A stretch of DNA of 64,000 nt from Candidatus Omnitrophota bacterium (lineage in GTDB: Bacteria; Omnitrophota; Gorgyraeia; Aquiviventales; Aquiviventaceae), in assembly GCA_016198905.1 (NCBI GenBank), contig JACQHR010000002.1, positions 1,418 through 65,417 on the forward strand, given 5' to 3'. The notes below the pieces were generated by a model. That model saw only the letters and a program-made list of their open reading frames with translations, did not search any database and was not told the origin of the DNA. How positions within the stretch are numbered: the stretch's first letter is position 1; each line of letters starts with the position of its first letter. Made by a program: the position numbers and the translations under genes. Of the stretch, positions 49,431 to 57,784 are shown in pieces.

Positions 49431-50351
49431 ATGCTGCCCGAACGGACGACCCAAGCCTACGGCCCGGCGGTGACGACGGCCTCGAAGGCGGTCCTCCTGG
49501 AGCTCATGGCCACGCTGCGCGCGTATCGCGAGGCCCTCGTGCTCGTCGGGGGATGGGCGCCGTACTTCTTGCTCGAGCGGCATCGGCGTCCCGAAGATGC
49601 CTTTGCGCACGTAGGCTCCATCGACATCGATCTGGTCGTGGATCCCGTGGCGGTGCGGGAGCCCGAGTACGCCTCGATTGTCGAGCTGCTCACCGCGCGC
49701 GGCTACCGGCCGGTCAGCAATCGGCGCGGCGGCTCGATTCCTCAGAGCCTTGAGCGCGTGATTTCCTCGCCGGTGACGAACAAACCCTATACGATTCGCG
49801 TCGACTTCCTCACCCAGCACGACAACGAGGCCGTGCGCGGCACGCGTCTGCAGGTGCAAGATGATTTATTTGCGAGGAAGCTCAAAGGCTGCGGGACGGC
49901 ACTCCAGCACTGCACGACGATCGAGCTCTCGGGGACGCTGCCGGACGGCGGGGAACTCACCGTGCCGATGCGCATGGCGGACATCGTATCGTGCCTGACC
50001 ATGAAAGGGATCGTGCTGGGCGAGCGGTACCGGGAAAAGGATGCGTACGATATCTTCGCGCTGCTGGCGCACTACGGGCACGGACCGAAAGATGTCGCCG
50101 CGGCCCTCCAACCCCATCTCGGAGAACCGCTCGTGCGGGAAGCGATGATCAGGATCCGGACGGCCTTTGGGACGCGGACGGCCAACGGGCCGGCCTGGGT
50201 GGCGGCGTTTCTCGTGAGCCCGTTGTTTGCGGCGGAGCGCGAGCGCGCGATCACCGACGCCTTCATGGTGGTGAGCGAGTTTAGTAAGTTCCTCTTCGCG
50301 GGGTCAGACCCCAATCGGGTGATCTCCTCGATTTCTGAGCTCAGGGTCTGA
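49431..50351 (+). CDS. AbiEii/AbiGii-family nucleotidyltransferase (type IV TA / abortive-infection toxin family)
   Basis: LVLVGGWAPYFLLERHRRPEDAFAHVGSIDIDLVV matches the family hallmark GG...R.S.DIDL (minimal NTase fold, GS/DxD). Confidence 0.6.
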   Translation: MLPERTTQAYGPAVTTASKAVLLELMATLRAYREALVLVGGWAPYFLLERHRRPEDAFAHVGSIDIDLVVDPVAVREPEYASIVELLTARGYRPVSNRRGGSIPQSLERVISSPVTNKPYTIRVDFLTQHDNEAVRGTRLQVQDDLFARKLKGCGTALQHCTTIELSGTLPDGGELTVPMRMADIVSCLTMKGIVLGERYREKDAYDIFALLAHYGHGPKDVAAALQPHLGEPLVREAMIRIRTAFGTRTANGPAWVAAFLVSPLFAAERERAITDAFMVVSEFSKFLFAGSDPNRVISSISELRV

Positions 50352-50371
50352 CCCTGAGAGGTTATTTTTTT
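50339..50371. terminator. Bidirectional intrinsic terminator between convergent genes
   Basis: CTCAGGGTCTGACCCTGAG hairpin followed by TTATTTTTTT. It overlaps the AbiEii-like stop codon and lies just after the minus-strand ATPase gene end. Confidence 0.5.
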
Positions 50372-51738
50372 CCGCGCGTGTCCACATCGCGGTGCATGCC
50401 GATCTGCTCGAGTGCGTCATCAGGATGGCTGCTGTACTGTTGGCAGAGTGCGGTGACCGCGGCGATGTCCTGAAAGCGACCGGTCATCGCCATACGCTTC
50501 AAGATCTTGGCCCGGCGCGCGGTTTCCTCCATGATCTGTGCGGGGGTGCGCCCGGATTCCGTCGCGAGTTTATCGCGGTAAATACTGCTGGGAGATGACT
50601 CAGCCAGCTGATGCCGGTCGTGATCGTAACTCCACAACGTCGTCAGCAAGACGACCTGATGCTCCATGCCGGCCGTCTCGACCAGCTCACAGACGATGCG
50701 GGAAACTTTCCCTTCGATGTTCGTCTTTCGCAGGATCACGAACACGTCCACCAGGCTCACGAGCACCGGCGGCACGTTCATTGGCGCGTTCTGCAGGCGC
50801 AGGATGGTCTCGCGCGCGGAGGTCGCATGCACGGTGCTCATGCAGTACTTCCCCAGATTGATCGCCGTCATGAGGTCGTGCGCTTCAGCCCCCCGGACTT
50901 CTCCGACGAGAATCCGCTCCGGCCGCATCCGCAGGCTGTTCTTCACGAGGGCGTCCATCTTGGCGCGGCGGCAGCTCTCGAGTCGTGAGCAGTTCTCCAA
51001 GAAACTGGTATTGAGCTCCAGCGTATCCTCGATGGTCACCACGCGTTCCTTCGGTGGGATAAAGCTGAGCAGCGCATTCAGCAACGTCGTCTTCCCGGTG
51101 CCAGGGCCGCCGGAGATGATGAGGTTTGCGGGTCGGACCTGCAATCCCTCGACGTACATCCACAATTGCGCCGCGACGTCGTAGGGCAAGGCCCCGTTCT
51201 CGATCAGTTGGAGGATCGTCAGCGGATGCGGTTTGCCGCGCGTGATCGTAATTTGCGGGCCAAACGGCGAGGCGATGATGTTGACCCGGCCTCGGACATC
51301 GGCGAGTTCAAGGTCGTTGATCATGTCCGCCTCCGCGCGCCCGCCAAAAATCAGGAGCTTCTTCACGAACACCGCCAGCTGCTGCATGGTGGCAAACCGA
51401 CGCTCGGTTTTCACGAGCCCCTCGCCGAGCTTGTGCACGAAAATGGGTTCGGTGGCGTTGATGATGATGTCTTCGACGGCCGGGTCGTTGAGAAACTCTT
51501 CGATGAGGTCGTAGGAGAGAAACGCGTGCAGGAATGCCTGGCGCTGGGCGCCGTCGGACAGATCGGGGAAGCCGTTACGATGCTCCGCGTAGAGCCGCTC
51601 TAGGGCGTCACCGACCAGTCGGCGCCGCTCCTCAAGCGGCTGAATGAGCGTCAGCTGCCCTTTGAGACTCTCGAGCAGCGCGTCGGTGAGGACGAGGAAC
51701 GCCGACGGATCCGACGGCAGAAACGGCTCCGCGTTCAT
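50362..51738 (-). CDS. CpaF/TadA/VirB11-family secretion ATPase (orphan)
   Basis: Walker A GGPGTGKTT, Walker B/Asp box (ILVGEVRG) and His box. ~95-aa C-terminal extension. No adjacent TadB/TadC-like genes. Confidence 0.8.
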   Translation of the reverse strand: MNAEPFLPSDPSAFLVLTDALLESLKGQLTLIQPLEERRRLVGDALERLYAEHRNGFPDLSDGAQRQAFLHAFLSYDLIEEFLNDPAVEDIIINATEPIFVHKLGEGLVKTERRFATMQQLAVFVKKLLIFGGRAEADMINDLELADVRGRVNIIASPFGPQITITRGKPHPLTILQLIENGALPYDVAAQLWMYVEGLQVRPANLIISGGPGTGKTTLLNALLSFIPPKERVVTIEDTLELNTSFLENCSRLESCRRAKMDALVKNSLRMRPERILVGEVRGAEAHDLMTAINLGKYCMSTVHATSARETILRLQNAPMNVPPVLVSLVDVFVILRKTNIEGKVSRIVCELVETAGMEHQVVLLTTLWSYDHDRHQLAESSPSSIYRDKLATESGRTPAQIMEETARRAKILKRMAMTGRFQDIAAVTALCQQYSSHPDDALEQIGMHRDVDTRGKK

Positions 51739-51813
51739 GATGCGTTTTATCCTCCTGGCAGCGGCAACGTCGTGGGACACGCCACCTTAAGTGTACCTGA
51801 CCTCGTCGGTCCA

Positions 51814-51841
51814 TTGACAAGTCAACAGAACTTGCTATGGT
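51814..51841 (+). promoter_or_regulatory. Candidate sigma70 promoter (TTGACA-16-TATGGT) for the metal-uptake gene set
   Basis: TTGACA 51814-51819 and TATGGT 51836-51841. Confidence 0.35.
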
Positions 51842-51962
51842 AATACCCGAAGCTGTGATGCTGCAGAGTGCGTGATCGGCAGAATCACACGAACATCGGA
51901 CAGCGCCGCGCCTACAACTTCCTTGACGGCGTGGTAGAGCGACAGCACGTTCACCGGCCCTC

Positions 51963-52262
51963 ATGAAACGCACCACACAACTTCAACGCGTTCTCGCAAC
52001 GGTACTCGGTGTTGGTGCCGCGGCGATCCTGCTGACAGCAGGATTGCCGCACGATCACAGCCATTCCGCCGCGTCGCATCCTGCGCAATCGTGCCGTGTC
52101 TGCAGAATTCAAGAGAACTTTACCGCGACCCCGCCAGCTTCGGCATTCGTCCCGCGGCCGCTGGCATGTGTTGTCCACGCTTCACAGACTCCTCAAGAGG
52201 CGCCCCGACTTCTTTGCGTGGGTCGCCTGGCACGCTCCCGTGCGCCTCCCGCATCCTCCTAA
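51963..52262 (+). CDS. Small secreted protein with an HDHSHS His cluster (hypothetical)
   Basis: Signal peptide VLATVLGVGAAAILLTAG, then LPHDHSHSAASHP and CRVC. Confidence 0.3.
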   Translation: MKRTTQLQRVLATVLGVGAAAILLTAGLPHDHSHSAASHPAQSCRVCRIQENFTATPPASAFVPRPLACVVHASQTPQEAPRLLCVGRLARSRAPPASS

Positions 52263-52346
52263 GCTCAGTCGCTCGTTCGTGCCCGTTCCAGCGTGACTGG
52301 CAGCGCACCACTTAGACGGTGCGGCTGCAATACTGAGGAGGCTCCA

Positions 52347-53624
52347 ATGAAGTCCGCATTCTTCTTAATGTTAGGATGTGCGCTCGTGACGCCATCTGCG
52401 TGGGCCGATCCATCGGCTGACGAGTTCGCCACCTTGCGCGCAAGCGTGCGGGAGCTCACCGCGCTCGTCCAACAGCTCACCACGACGGTCCAAGCCCAAC
52501 AGCAGCGCATCAGCCAGCTCGAACACGCCGCACCGAGCCCGACCCAATGGCCGGCTCCGCCATCGAGCGCTCCATCAACGGCGCGCACCTTCTCCGGCAC
52601 GAACCTCTCCGCGTTCAATCCGGAGATCGGCGTCTTAGCCGATATCGTGGGCCAGCTCTCCGAGAGCGGCGCAGACGGCGAGGGGAATGATACGCTCAGC
52701 GCCCGGGAACTCGAACTGGTCTTCGGGCATCCCATTGACCCGTATTCCCGGTTGGATGTGACGGCGACGTTCTCCGACGTTGAGGCGGCATCCTTGGAGG
52801 AAGCCTACATCACGCACTGGGGACTGCCCGGCGAGATCAAGGCGCAGATCGGCCGCCTGCGGCCGAAAGTCGGGAAAGCAAGCGCGCTCCACCGCGATTC
52901 GCTCGAGACCGTCGATGAACCGCTCGTGGTGACCCAGTATCTGGGAGCCGAAGGCTTGTCACGCACCGGCGCTCAGCTGTCAGGTTTTCTGCCGACGCCG
53001 TGGACCGTGGTCACGCATGAGCTGACCGCAGGCCTGATGGAGGGCGGAGTGGGCGAGGGCGGGACCCTCTTTGGATCCACGCGCCGGCGCCCATCCTTCT
53101 ACACGCACCTGAAGAACTTCTGGGATGTGGCGGACACCTCCAACATCGAGTTGGGGGCGACGTATCTGCTCGGATCGAAAGATGCGGATGCGGCCTACGA
53201 GGTCAACGCGTTAGGGCTCGACGCCACCCTCGTGCATTACGTGACGCCAAACAATAAATTGAAGTGGCAGAACGAGGCGTACCTCCAGGAGCGGAAAGAA
53301 TCGTTCAGCGTTGCGGAAGATGGGACCCGGACGAACTTCGGGAAAAACCCGTTTGGACTCTACTCGCTGCTGGACTATCGCGCCAGTCCGCGCACTGGCG
53401 TCGGCGGCCGGTTTGATTACGTCGAGCCCATCGATCTTGACCCAACGACGCGCGTTCGGGACGCGGATATCGCCTGGGCCGGGTATCTGACGTTTTACCA
53501 GAGCGAGTTTGCGCGCTGGCGACTCCAGTTTAAACACACCGACTTCGCGCTCGGCGGCGACGACAACACGATCTTCGCCCAAGCCACCGTGGTGATCGGC
53601 GTGCACAAGCATCAACTCCAATAG
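52347..53624 (+). CDS. Outer-membrane porin-like beta-barrel protein with an N-terminal coiled-coil segment
   Basis: RBS GAGGAGG. Signal peptide ending AWA. Coiled-coil LTALVQQLTTTVQAQQQRISQLE, then amphipathic beta strands. Confidence 0.55.
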   Translation: MKSAFFLMLGCALVTPSAWADPSADEFATLRASVRELTALVQQLTTTVQAQQQRISQLEHAAPSPTQWPAPPSSAPSTARTFSGTNLSAFNPEIGVLADIVGQLSESGADGEGNDTLSARELELVFGHPIDPYSRLDVTATFSDVEAASLEEAYITHWGLPGEIKAQIGRLRPKVGKASALHRDSLETVDEPLVVTQYLGAEGLSRTGAQLSGFLPTPWTVVTHELTAGLMEGGVGEGGTLFGSTRRRPSFYTHLKNFWDVADTSNIELGATYLLGSKDADAAYEVNALGLDATLVHYVTPNNKLKWQNEAYLQERKESFSVAEDGTRTNFGKNPFGLYSLLDYRASPRTGVGGRFDYVEPIDLDPTTRVRDADIAWAGYLTFYQSEFARWRLQFKHTDFALGGDDNTIFAQATVVIGVHKHQLQ

Positions 53625-53625
53625 A

Positions 53626-53658
53626 CTGGAGACCTGAGACTGGAGACCTGAGACAGCA
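53626..53658. repeat. Short tandem direct repeat (GACTGGAGACCTGA x2, then GACAG-like repeats)
   Basis: GACTGGAGACCTGAGACTGGAGACCTGAGACAGCAGACAGACAAG lies between the porin-like gene and the znuA-like gene. Confidence 0.5.
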
Positions 53659-53699
53659 GACAGACAAGAAAACAGACTCACAACAGGAAGGACTCTATC

Positions 53700-54626
53700 A
53701 TGAAATACCAACGATGGCTGCCAAACCTCCTCGCTGCCTGGTTCATGATGGCGGCCGTGAACGTCCATGCAGCAGACAAGCCGCTGAAGGTGGTCACGAC
53801 GTTATCGACATTCGCGGATCTGGTCAAGACGATCGGAGGCGACCACGTGGACGTCTCGGCGATTGCCTCGCCAAAATTCAACGCCCACTTCATCGAGCCC
53901 AAACCCAGCGATGTCGTGAAGGTGCAGCGGGCGGACCTGTTCCTCCACGCAGGGCTTGATCTCGAACTCTGGCGCGGGCCGCTGTTGGACGCGGCAGGGA
54001 ACACGCGACTGTTTGCGGGACAGCCCGGCGAGTTAGATCTGTCTCAGGGGATTCCCCTGCTGGAAGTCCCCACCGGTGCGGTGAGCCGCTCGCAAGGGGA
54101 CATCCACATCTACGGCAACCCGCACTACTGGGTCGATCCGGAGAACGCGATCATCATGGCGAAAGCCATTGCGGCCAAACTGAGCGCATTGGATCCCGAC
54201 CACGCCGCAGCCTATGATGAACGCATGCGCGCATGGACCCGGCAACTGAGCCAGCGCATCGAGGTCTGGCGTCAGGCGGCCCGCGCGATCCGGGGCCATG
54301 AACTGGTGGCGTACCACAATGAGTGGCCCTACCTCCTCAACTTCTTGGGGCTGCACGCCGAGCAATTCCTCGAGCCGAAGCCCGGGATCCCGCCGACCCC
54401 CAAACAGGTGCAATTCCTCGAGCGGTACATGAAGGAGCGCCATATCCGAGGGATTATCCAGTCCACGTACTTTCCGAAAGATGCGGCAGGGACCTTGGCG
54501 AAGCGCACCGGGGCCACCGTCGTGCTCTTATGTCAAAGCGTCGGCGAAGTGCCCCACGCATCGGATTATATCGCGATGACGGACTATAATATCCAACAAC
54601 TGACACACGCGCTGGGTGGGACCTAA
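53700..54626 (+). CDS. Metal (Zn/Mn) ABC transporter substrate-binding protein (ZnuA/TroA cluster 9)
   Basis: Signal peptide. LKVVTTLSTFADLVKTIGGDHVDV, then HAHFIEPKPSD, HIYGNPHYW and other His ligands. Confidence 0.85.
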   Translation: MKYQRWLPNLLAAWFMMAAVNVHAADKPLKVVTTLSTFADLVKTIGGDHVDVSAIASPKFNAHFIEPKPSDVVKVQRADLFLHAGLDLELWRGPLLDAAGNTRLFAGQPGELDLSQGIPLLEVPTGAVSRSQGDIHIYGNPHYWVDPENAIIMAKAIAAKLSALDPDHAAAYDERMRAWTRQLSQRIEVWRQAARAIRGHELVAYHNEWPYLLNFLGLHAEQFLEPKPGIPPTPKQVQFLERYMKERHIRGIIQSTYFPKDAAGTLAKRTGATVVLLCQSVGEVPHASDYIAMTDYNIQQLTHALGGT

Positions 54627-54649
54627 ACTGAGAGCTTGAGGAGCGACGC

Positions 54650-55465
54650 ATGCCACAGTTCTTTCAGGTGATGCTGGAGCCATTCCTTGCGTGCTTGATC
54701 CTCACTGGCATCCATGCGTACTTAGGTCTGCATGTGATCGAGCGCGAAGTCATCTTCGTCGACCTCGCACTCGCGCAAGTGGCGTCATTCGGGGCGACGC
54801 TCGGATTCCTCTGGGGATTTGGGCTACACTCGACGCCGGGGTATCTGACGGCGCTGAGCTTTACGCTCGTGGGGGCCGCGATCTTTGCGATGACGCGCTT
54901 GCGCAAGCCGATCGTGCCGCAGGAGTCGCTCATCGGCGTCGTCTATGCCGTCTGCGCGGCGGCCTCCATTTTGGTGCTCAGTCGTGCGCCTGAGGGTGGG
55001 GAAGAGCTGAAAGCGCTGCTGGTCGGGCACCTGCTCTTCGTGGACTGGAGGGAGATCGTCAAAATTTCTCTCCTCTATAGCACGATCGGCGTGATTCACT
55101 GGCTGGCGCGCAAGCCGCTGCTGGCGATCTCGCAAGATCCTGAAGGCGCCTTCGCCAGGGGTCTGCGGGTGCGGTGGTGGGACTTCCTCTTCTATGCGAC
55201 GTTCGGGTTCGTGGTGACCAGCTCCGTCGAGCTGGCCGGCGTGCTGCTCGTCTTCTCGTTTCTGATTGTCCCGGCGATTTGCGGAGTACTCCTCGCGCAG
55301 CGGATCGGCTCGCGGCTGCTCGTCGGGTGGGCGGCCGGCACGGTGACGAGCGTCGCAGGGATGATCGCGTCCTATGTCTGGGATCTGCCGACCGGGGCGA
55401 CCGTCGTCTGCGCCTTCGGGGTGTGCCTCGTGCTTTGCGCCGCCATCCGCGCCCTCAAGCGCTAG
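54650..55465 (+). CDS. Metal ABC transporter permease (ZnuB/TroC family)
   Basis: Eight TM helices. FLIVPAICGVLLAQRIGSR is the family conserved region. Confidence 0.8.
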   Translation: MPQFFQVMLEPFLACLILTGIHAYLGLHVIEREVIFVDLALAQVASFGATLGFLWGFGLHSTPGYLTALSFTLVGAAIFAMTRLRKPIVPQESLIGVVYAVCAAASILVLSRAPEGGEELKALLVGHLLFVDWREIVKISLLYSTIGVIHWLARKPLLAISQDPEGAFARGLRVRWWDFLFYATFGFVVTSSVELAGVLLVFSFLIVPAICGVLLAQRIGSRLLVGWAAGTVTSVAGMIASYVWDLPTGATVVCAFGVCLVLCAAIRALKR

Positions 55466-55536
55466 CGCCTCATCTTGGGGTCTGACCCCAAAAAGTCAAT
55501 GGCGAGACTTTGGAGCGTGTGTTAGGTTAATACGAG

Positions 55537-56928
55537 ATGCCAATGGCTGGCACGAGTTCGGTGGGATTCAATCGATACGCCCTCAGCGCTGTGGTCTTCG
55601 TCATAGGATCAGGCGTGGCGGTATCTGCTGAGCGCCCTGCGTCTAATCTCAAGGCGGGCCGGACCGCGTATGAGCAGTCGTGCGCCCGCTGCCACGGGGT
55701 GAACGGAGAAGGGGACGGTGTTGACGCGAAGCGGTTCTACCCGCGCCCGCGGAATTTCAAGCTGGGCGCCTACAAGTTCCGCACCTCGGTGAGCGACGTG
55801 CCCCCCACCGACGAGGATCTCTTTCATACCATCACCTATGGGTTACCGGGTACGAATATGCCGGACTGGCAGCATTTTGATGAAACAACCCGCTGGCAAT
55901 TGGTCGACTACCTCAAGAGCCTTTCCCCTCGCTTTCAGGAATCTCGACCCAAGCCGGTGCCGATCAAAGAGACCGGCCCAACGCCGGATCTGACGAAGGG
56001 CAAGACACTCTTTCAGAAGTTCGGGTGCGTGGCTTGCCATGGCCCCAACGGACGAGCCAACGGAACGTCCGCGGCAGGACTCGTCGACGACTGGGGCATG
56101 CCGATTCGTCCCGCGAATCTGACTCAAGGATGGGCCTATCGCGGCGGCAGCGATCCGCGCTCGATCGTCTTTCGCGTGATGGCCGGCATCGAGGGAGCCG
56201 GCATGCCGTCATTTGCCGAGGCGATCTCCGAGGACGATGCCTGGCAGATGGCGTACTATGTCCAGTCGCTGCAGGAGCCGGCGCAGTGGAATATGATTGC
56301 GCACGCCAAAGTAGTGGGATCGTTGCCTGAGACCGCGACGGATCCGCGCTGGGCCTTGGCGGAGCGCACGAATGTGCGCCTGCGCCATGCGGTGAACGCT
56401 ACCGGTGAATGGGTCGTGCCACCGACGGTGCAGTCGGTGGCGGTGCAGATCATGGCGAATGACAAAGACGCGGTCTTTCGCCTCACGTGGGATGACCCCA
56501 CGCAGGATGAGAACACGCCGCACGACGGGTTGGCCGTGCTCCTGAAGCCCGCCGGCAGTCAAGGAGATGTGGTGACGCTCCAAGCCTGGCCGTACGACGG
56601 AGCGCCGGCGCTTGACCTGTGCTATTGGTCTGCGGAAACCGGCCAGGCGTTTGAAACGATCGCGACGGAATATGACAGCGTCCTGGCGCGCCAGACGCCG
56701 CAAGCGCTGGTGACCAGCACGGCGACGTACGAGGACGGTCGATGGACCCTCCTGCTGCGCCGCCCGCTGGAGCGGACGAGCCCTGACGCAGCTGCGGTGA
56801 TCGCGCGTGATGGGCTCACCGCCATGGCTTTTGCGGTCTGGGATGGCGGCAATCCGAAGGCGCGGGCGGTGTCTCCCTGGATCGACATTTCCGTGCGCTC
56901 AGGACACGCGCCATCGCATGCACGCTAA
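55537..56928 (+). CDS. Diheme c-type cytochrome with a ~200-aa C-terminal extension
   Basis: Signal peptide. Two CxxCH motifs (CARCHG, CVACHG), each with a downstream Met-containing segment. Confidence 0.8.
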   Translation: MPMAGTSSVGFNRYALSAVVFVIGSGVAVSAERPASNLKAGRTAYEQSCARCHGVNGEGDGVDAKRFYPRPRNFKLGAYKFRTSVSDVPPTDEDLFHTITYGLPGTNMPDWQHFDETTRWQLVDYLKSLSPRFQESRPKPVPIKETGPTPDLTKGKTLFQKFGCVACHGPNGRANGTSAAGLVDDWGMPIRPANLTQGWAYRGGSDPRSIVFRVMAGIEGAGMPSFAEAISEDDAWQMAYYVQSLQEPAQWNMIAHAKVVGSLPETATDPRWALAERTNVRLRHAVNATGEWVVPPTVQSVAVQIMANDKDAVFRLTWDDPTQDENTPHDGLAVLLKPAGSQGDVVTLQAWPYDGAPALDLCYWSAETGQAFETIATEYDSVLARQTPQALVTSTATYEDGRWTLLLRRPLERTSPDAAAVIARDGLTAMAFAVWDGGNPKARAVSPWIDISVRSGHAPSHAR

Positions 56929-56968
56929 CGTGAGACAGGTTCGACACATAACCCAGAGGAGGTTGTCG

Positions 56969-57778
56969 ATGATACACGCCCGTTTTGTTTCTCCCACGCT
57001 GATCGCCGTGCTGGTGGCGATCGGATGTGGCAGCAGCAAGCCGCAAGACGCATCCGCCACGACCAACACGCACGACACGTCGAGCCCATCGGCGGTTCCG
57101 ATGCAACTCGCCGAGACCCCGGCTGGCACTCCGGCCGCGTCAGGGACCGGCACCATCCAGGTGACAGCCAAACTTGAGGGTACGGCGCCCAAGGCAGACA
57201 CGGTCAAGATGAGTGCCGATCCGGTTTGTCAGCAGAAGCACCAAACTCCGGTGTACGCCGAAGAAGTGGTGGTCAACGATGCTGGGATGCTCAAGAACGT
57301 GTTTGTATACGTCAAGGAAGGCGCCAGCGCCTCCGCTGCCGCGCCGACGACCCCGGTCACGCTCGAGCAGAACGGCTGCTGGTATGCGCCGCGCGTCTTC
57401 GGCATTCAGGTGAACCAACCGTTGGACATCGTCAACAGCGATGACACGCTGCACAACGTCAACGCCAAGCCCTTGCTGAACGCGCCGTTCAATGTCGCGC
57501 AGCCGAGTCCGATGAAGACGACAAAGAAATTCACCAAGCCGGAGATCATGGTGAAGTTTAAGTGCAACGTCCACCCATGGATGAACGCGTATGCCGGTAT
57601 CGTCGAGAACCCGTTCTTCGGCACGACCGATGCCAGCGGGACGACTTCGATCACGGGCTTGCCCGCGGGAACGTACACGCTCGAAGCATGGCAGGAAAAG
57701 TACGGCACGCGGACGCAGACCGTGACCCTTGGCAGCGGCGAGACGAAGTCGGTTTCGTTTACGTTCAAAGCGCAGTAA
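56969..57778 (+). CDS. Cupredoxin-like (type 1 copper, amicyanin/plastocyanin-type) lipoprotein
   Basis: Lipobox AIGCGS, Thr/Ser/Pro linker, C-terminal copper-ligand motif KCNVHPWM (C-x2-H-x2-M). RBS AGAGGAGG. Confidence 0.55.
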   Translation: MIHARFVSPTLIAVLVAIGCGSSKPQDASATTNTHDTSSPSAVPMQLAETPAGTPAASGTGTIQVTAKLEGTAPKADTVKMSADPVCQQKHQTPVYAEEVVVNDAGMLKNVFVYVKEGASASAAAPTTPVTLEQNGCWYAPRVFGIQVNQPLDIVNSDDTLHNVNAKPLLNAPFNVAQPSPMKTTKKFTKPEIMVKFKCNVHPWMNAYAGIVENPFFGTTDASGTTSITGLPAGTYTLEAWQEKYGTRTQTVTLGSGETKSVSFTFKAQ

Positions 57779-57784
57779 CAGCGC

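Noticed and set aside
50299-55493. Recurring palindrome GGGTC(W)GACCC at 50299, 50343 and 55481 (REP-like element?)
   Set aside because: Only three short (11-13 bp) GC-rich occurrences. Two are explained as a terminator hairpin and its neighbour. This is too little to claim a repetitive extragenic palindrome family without a genome-wide count.
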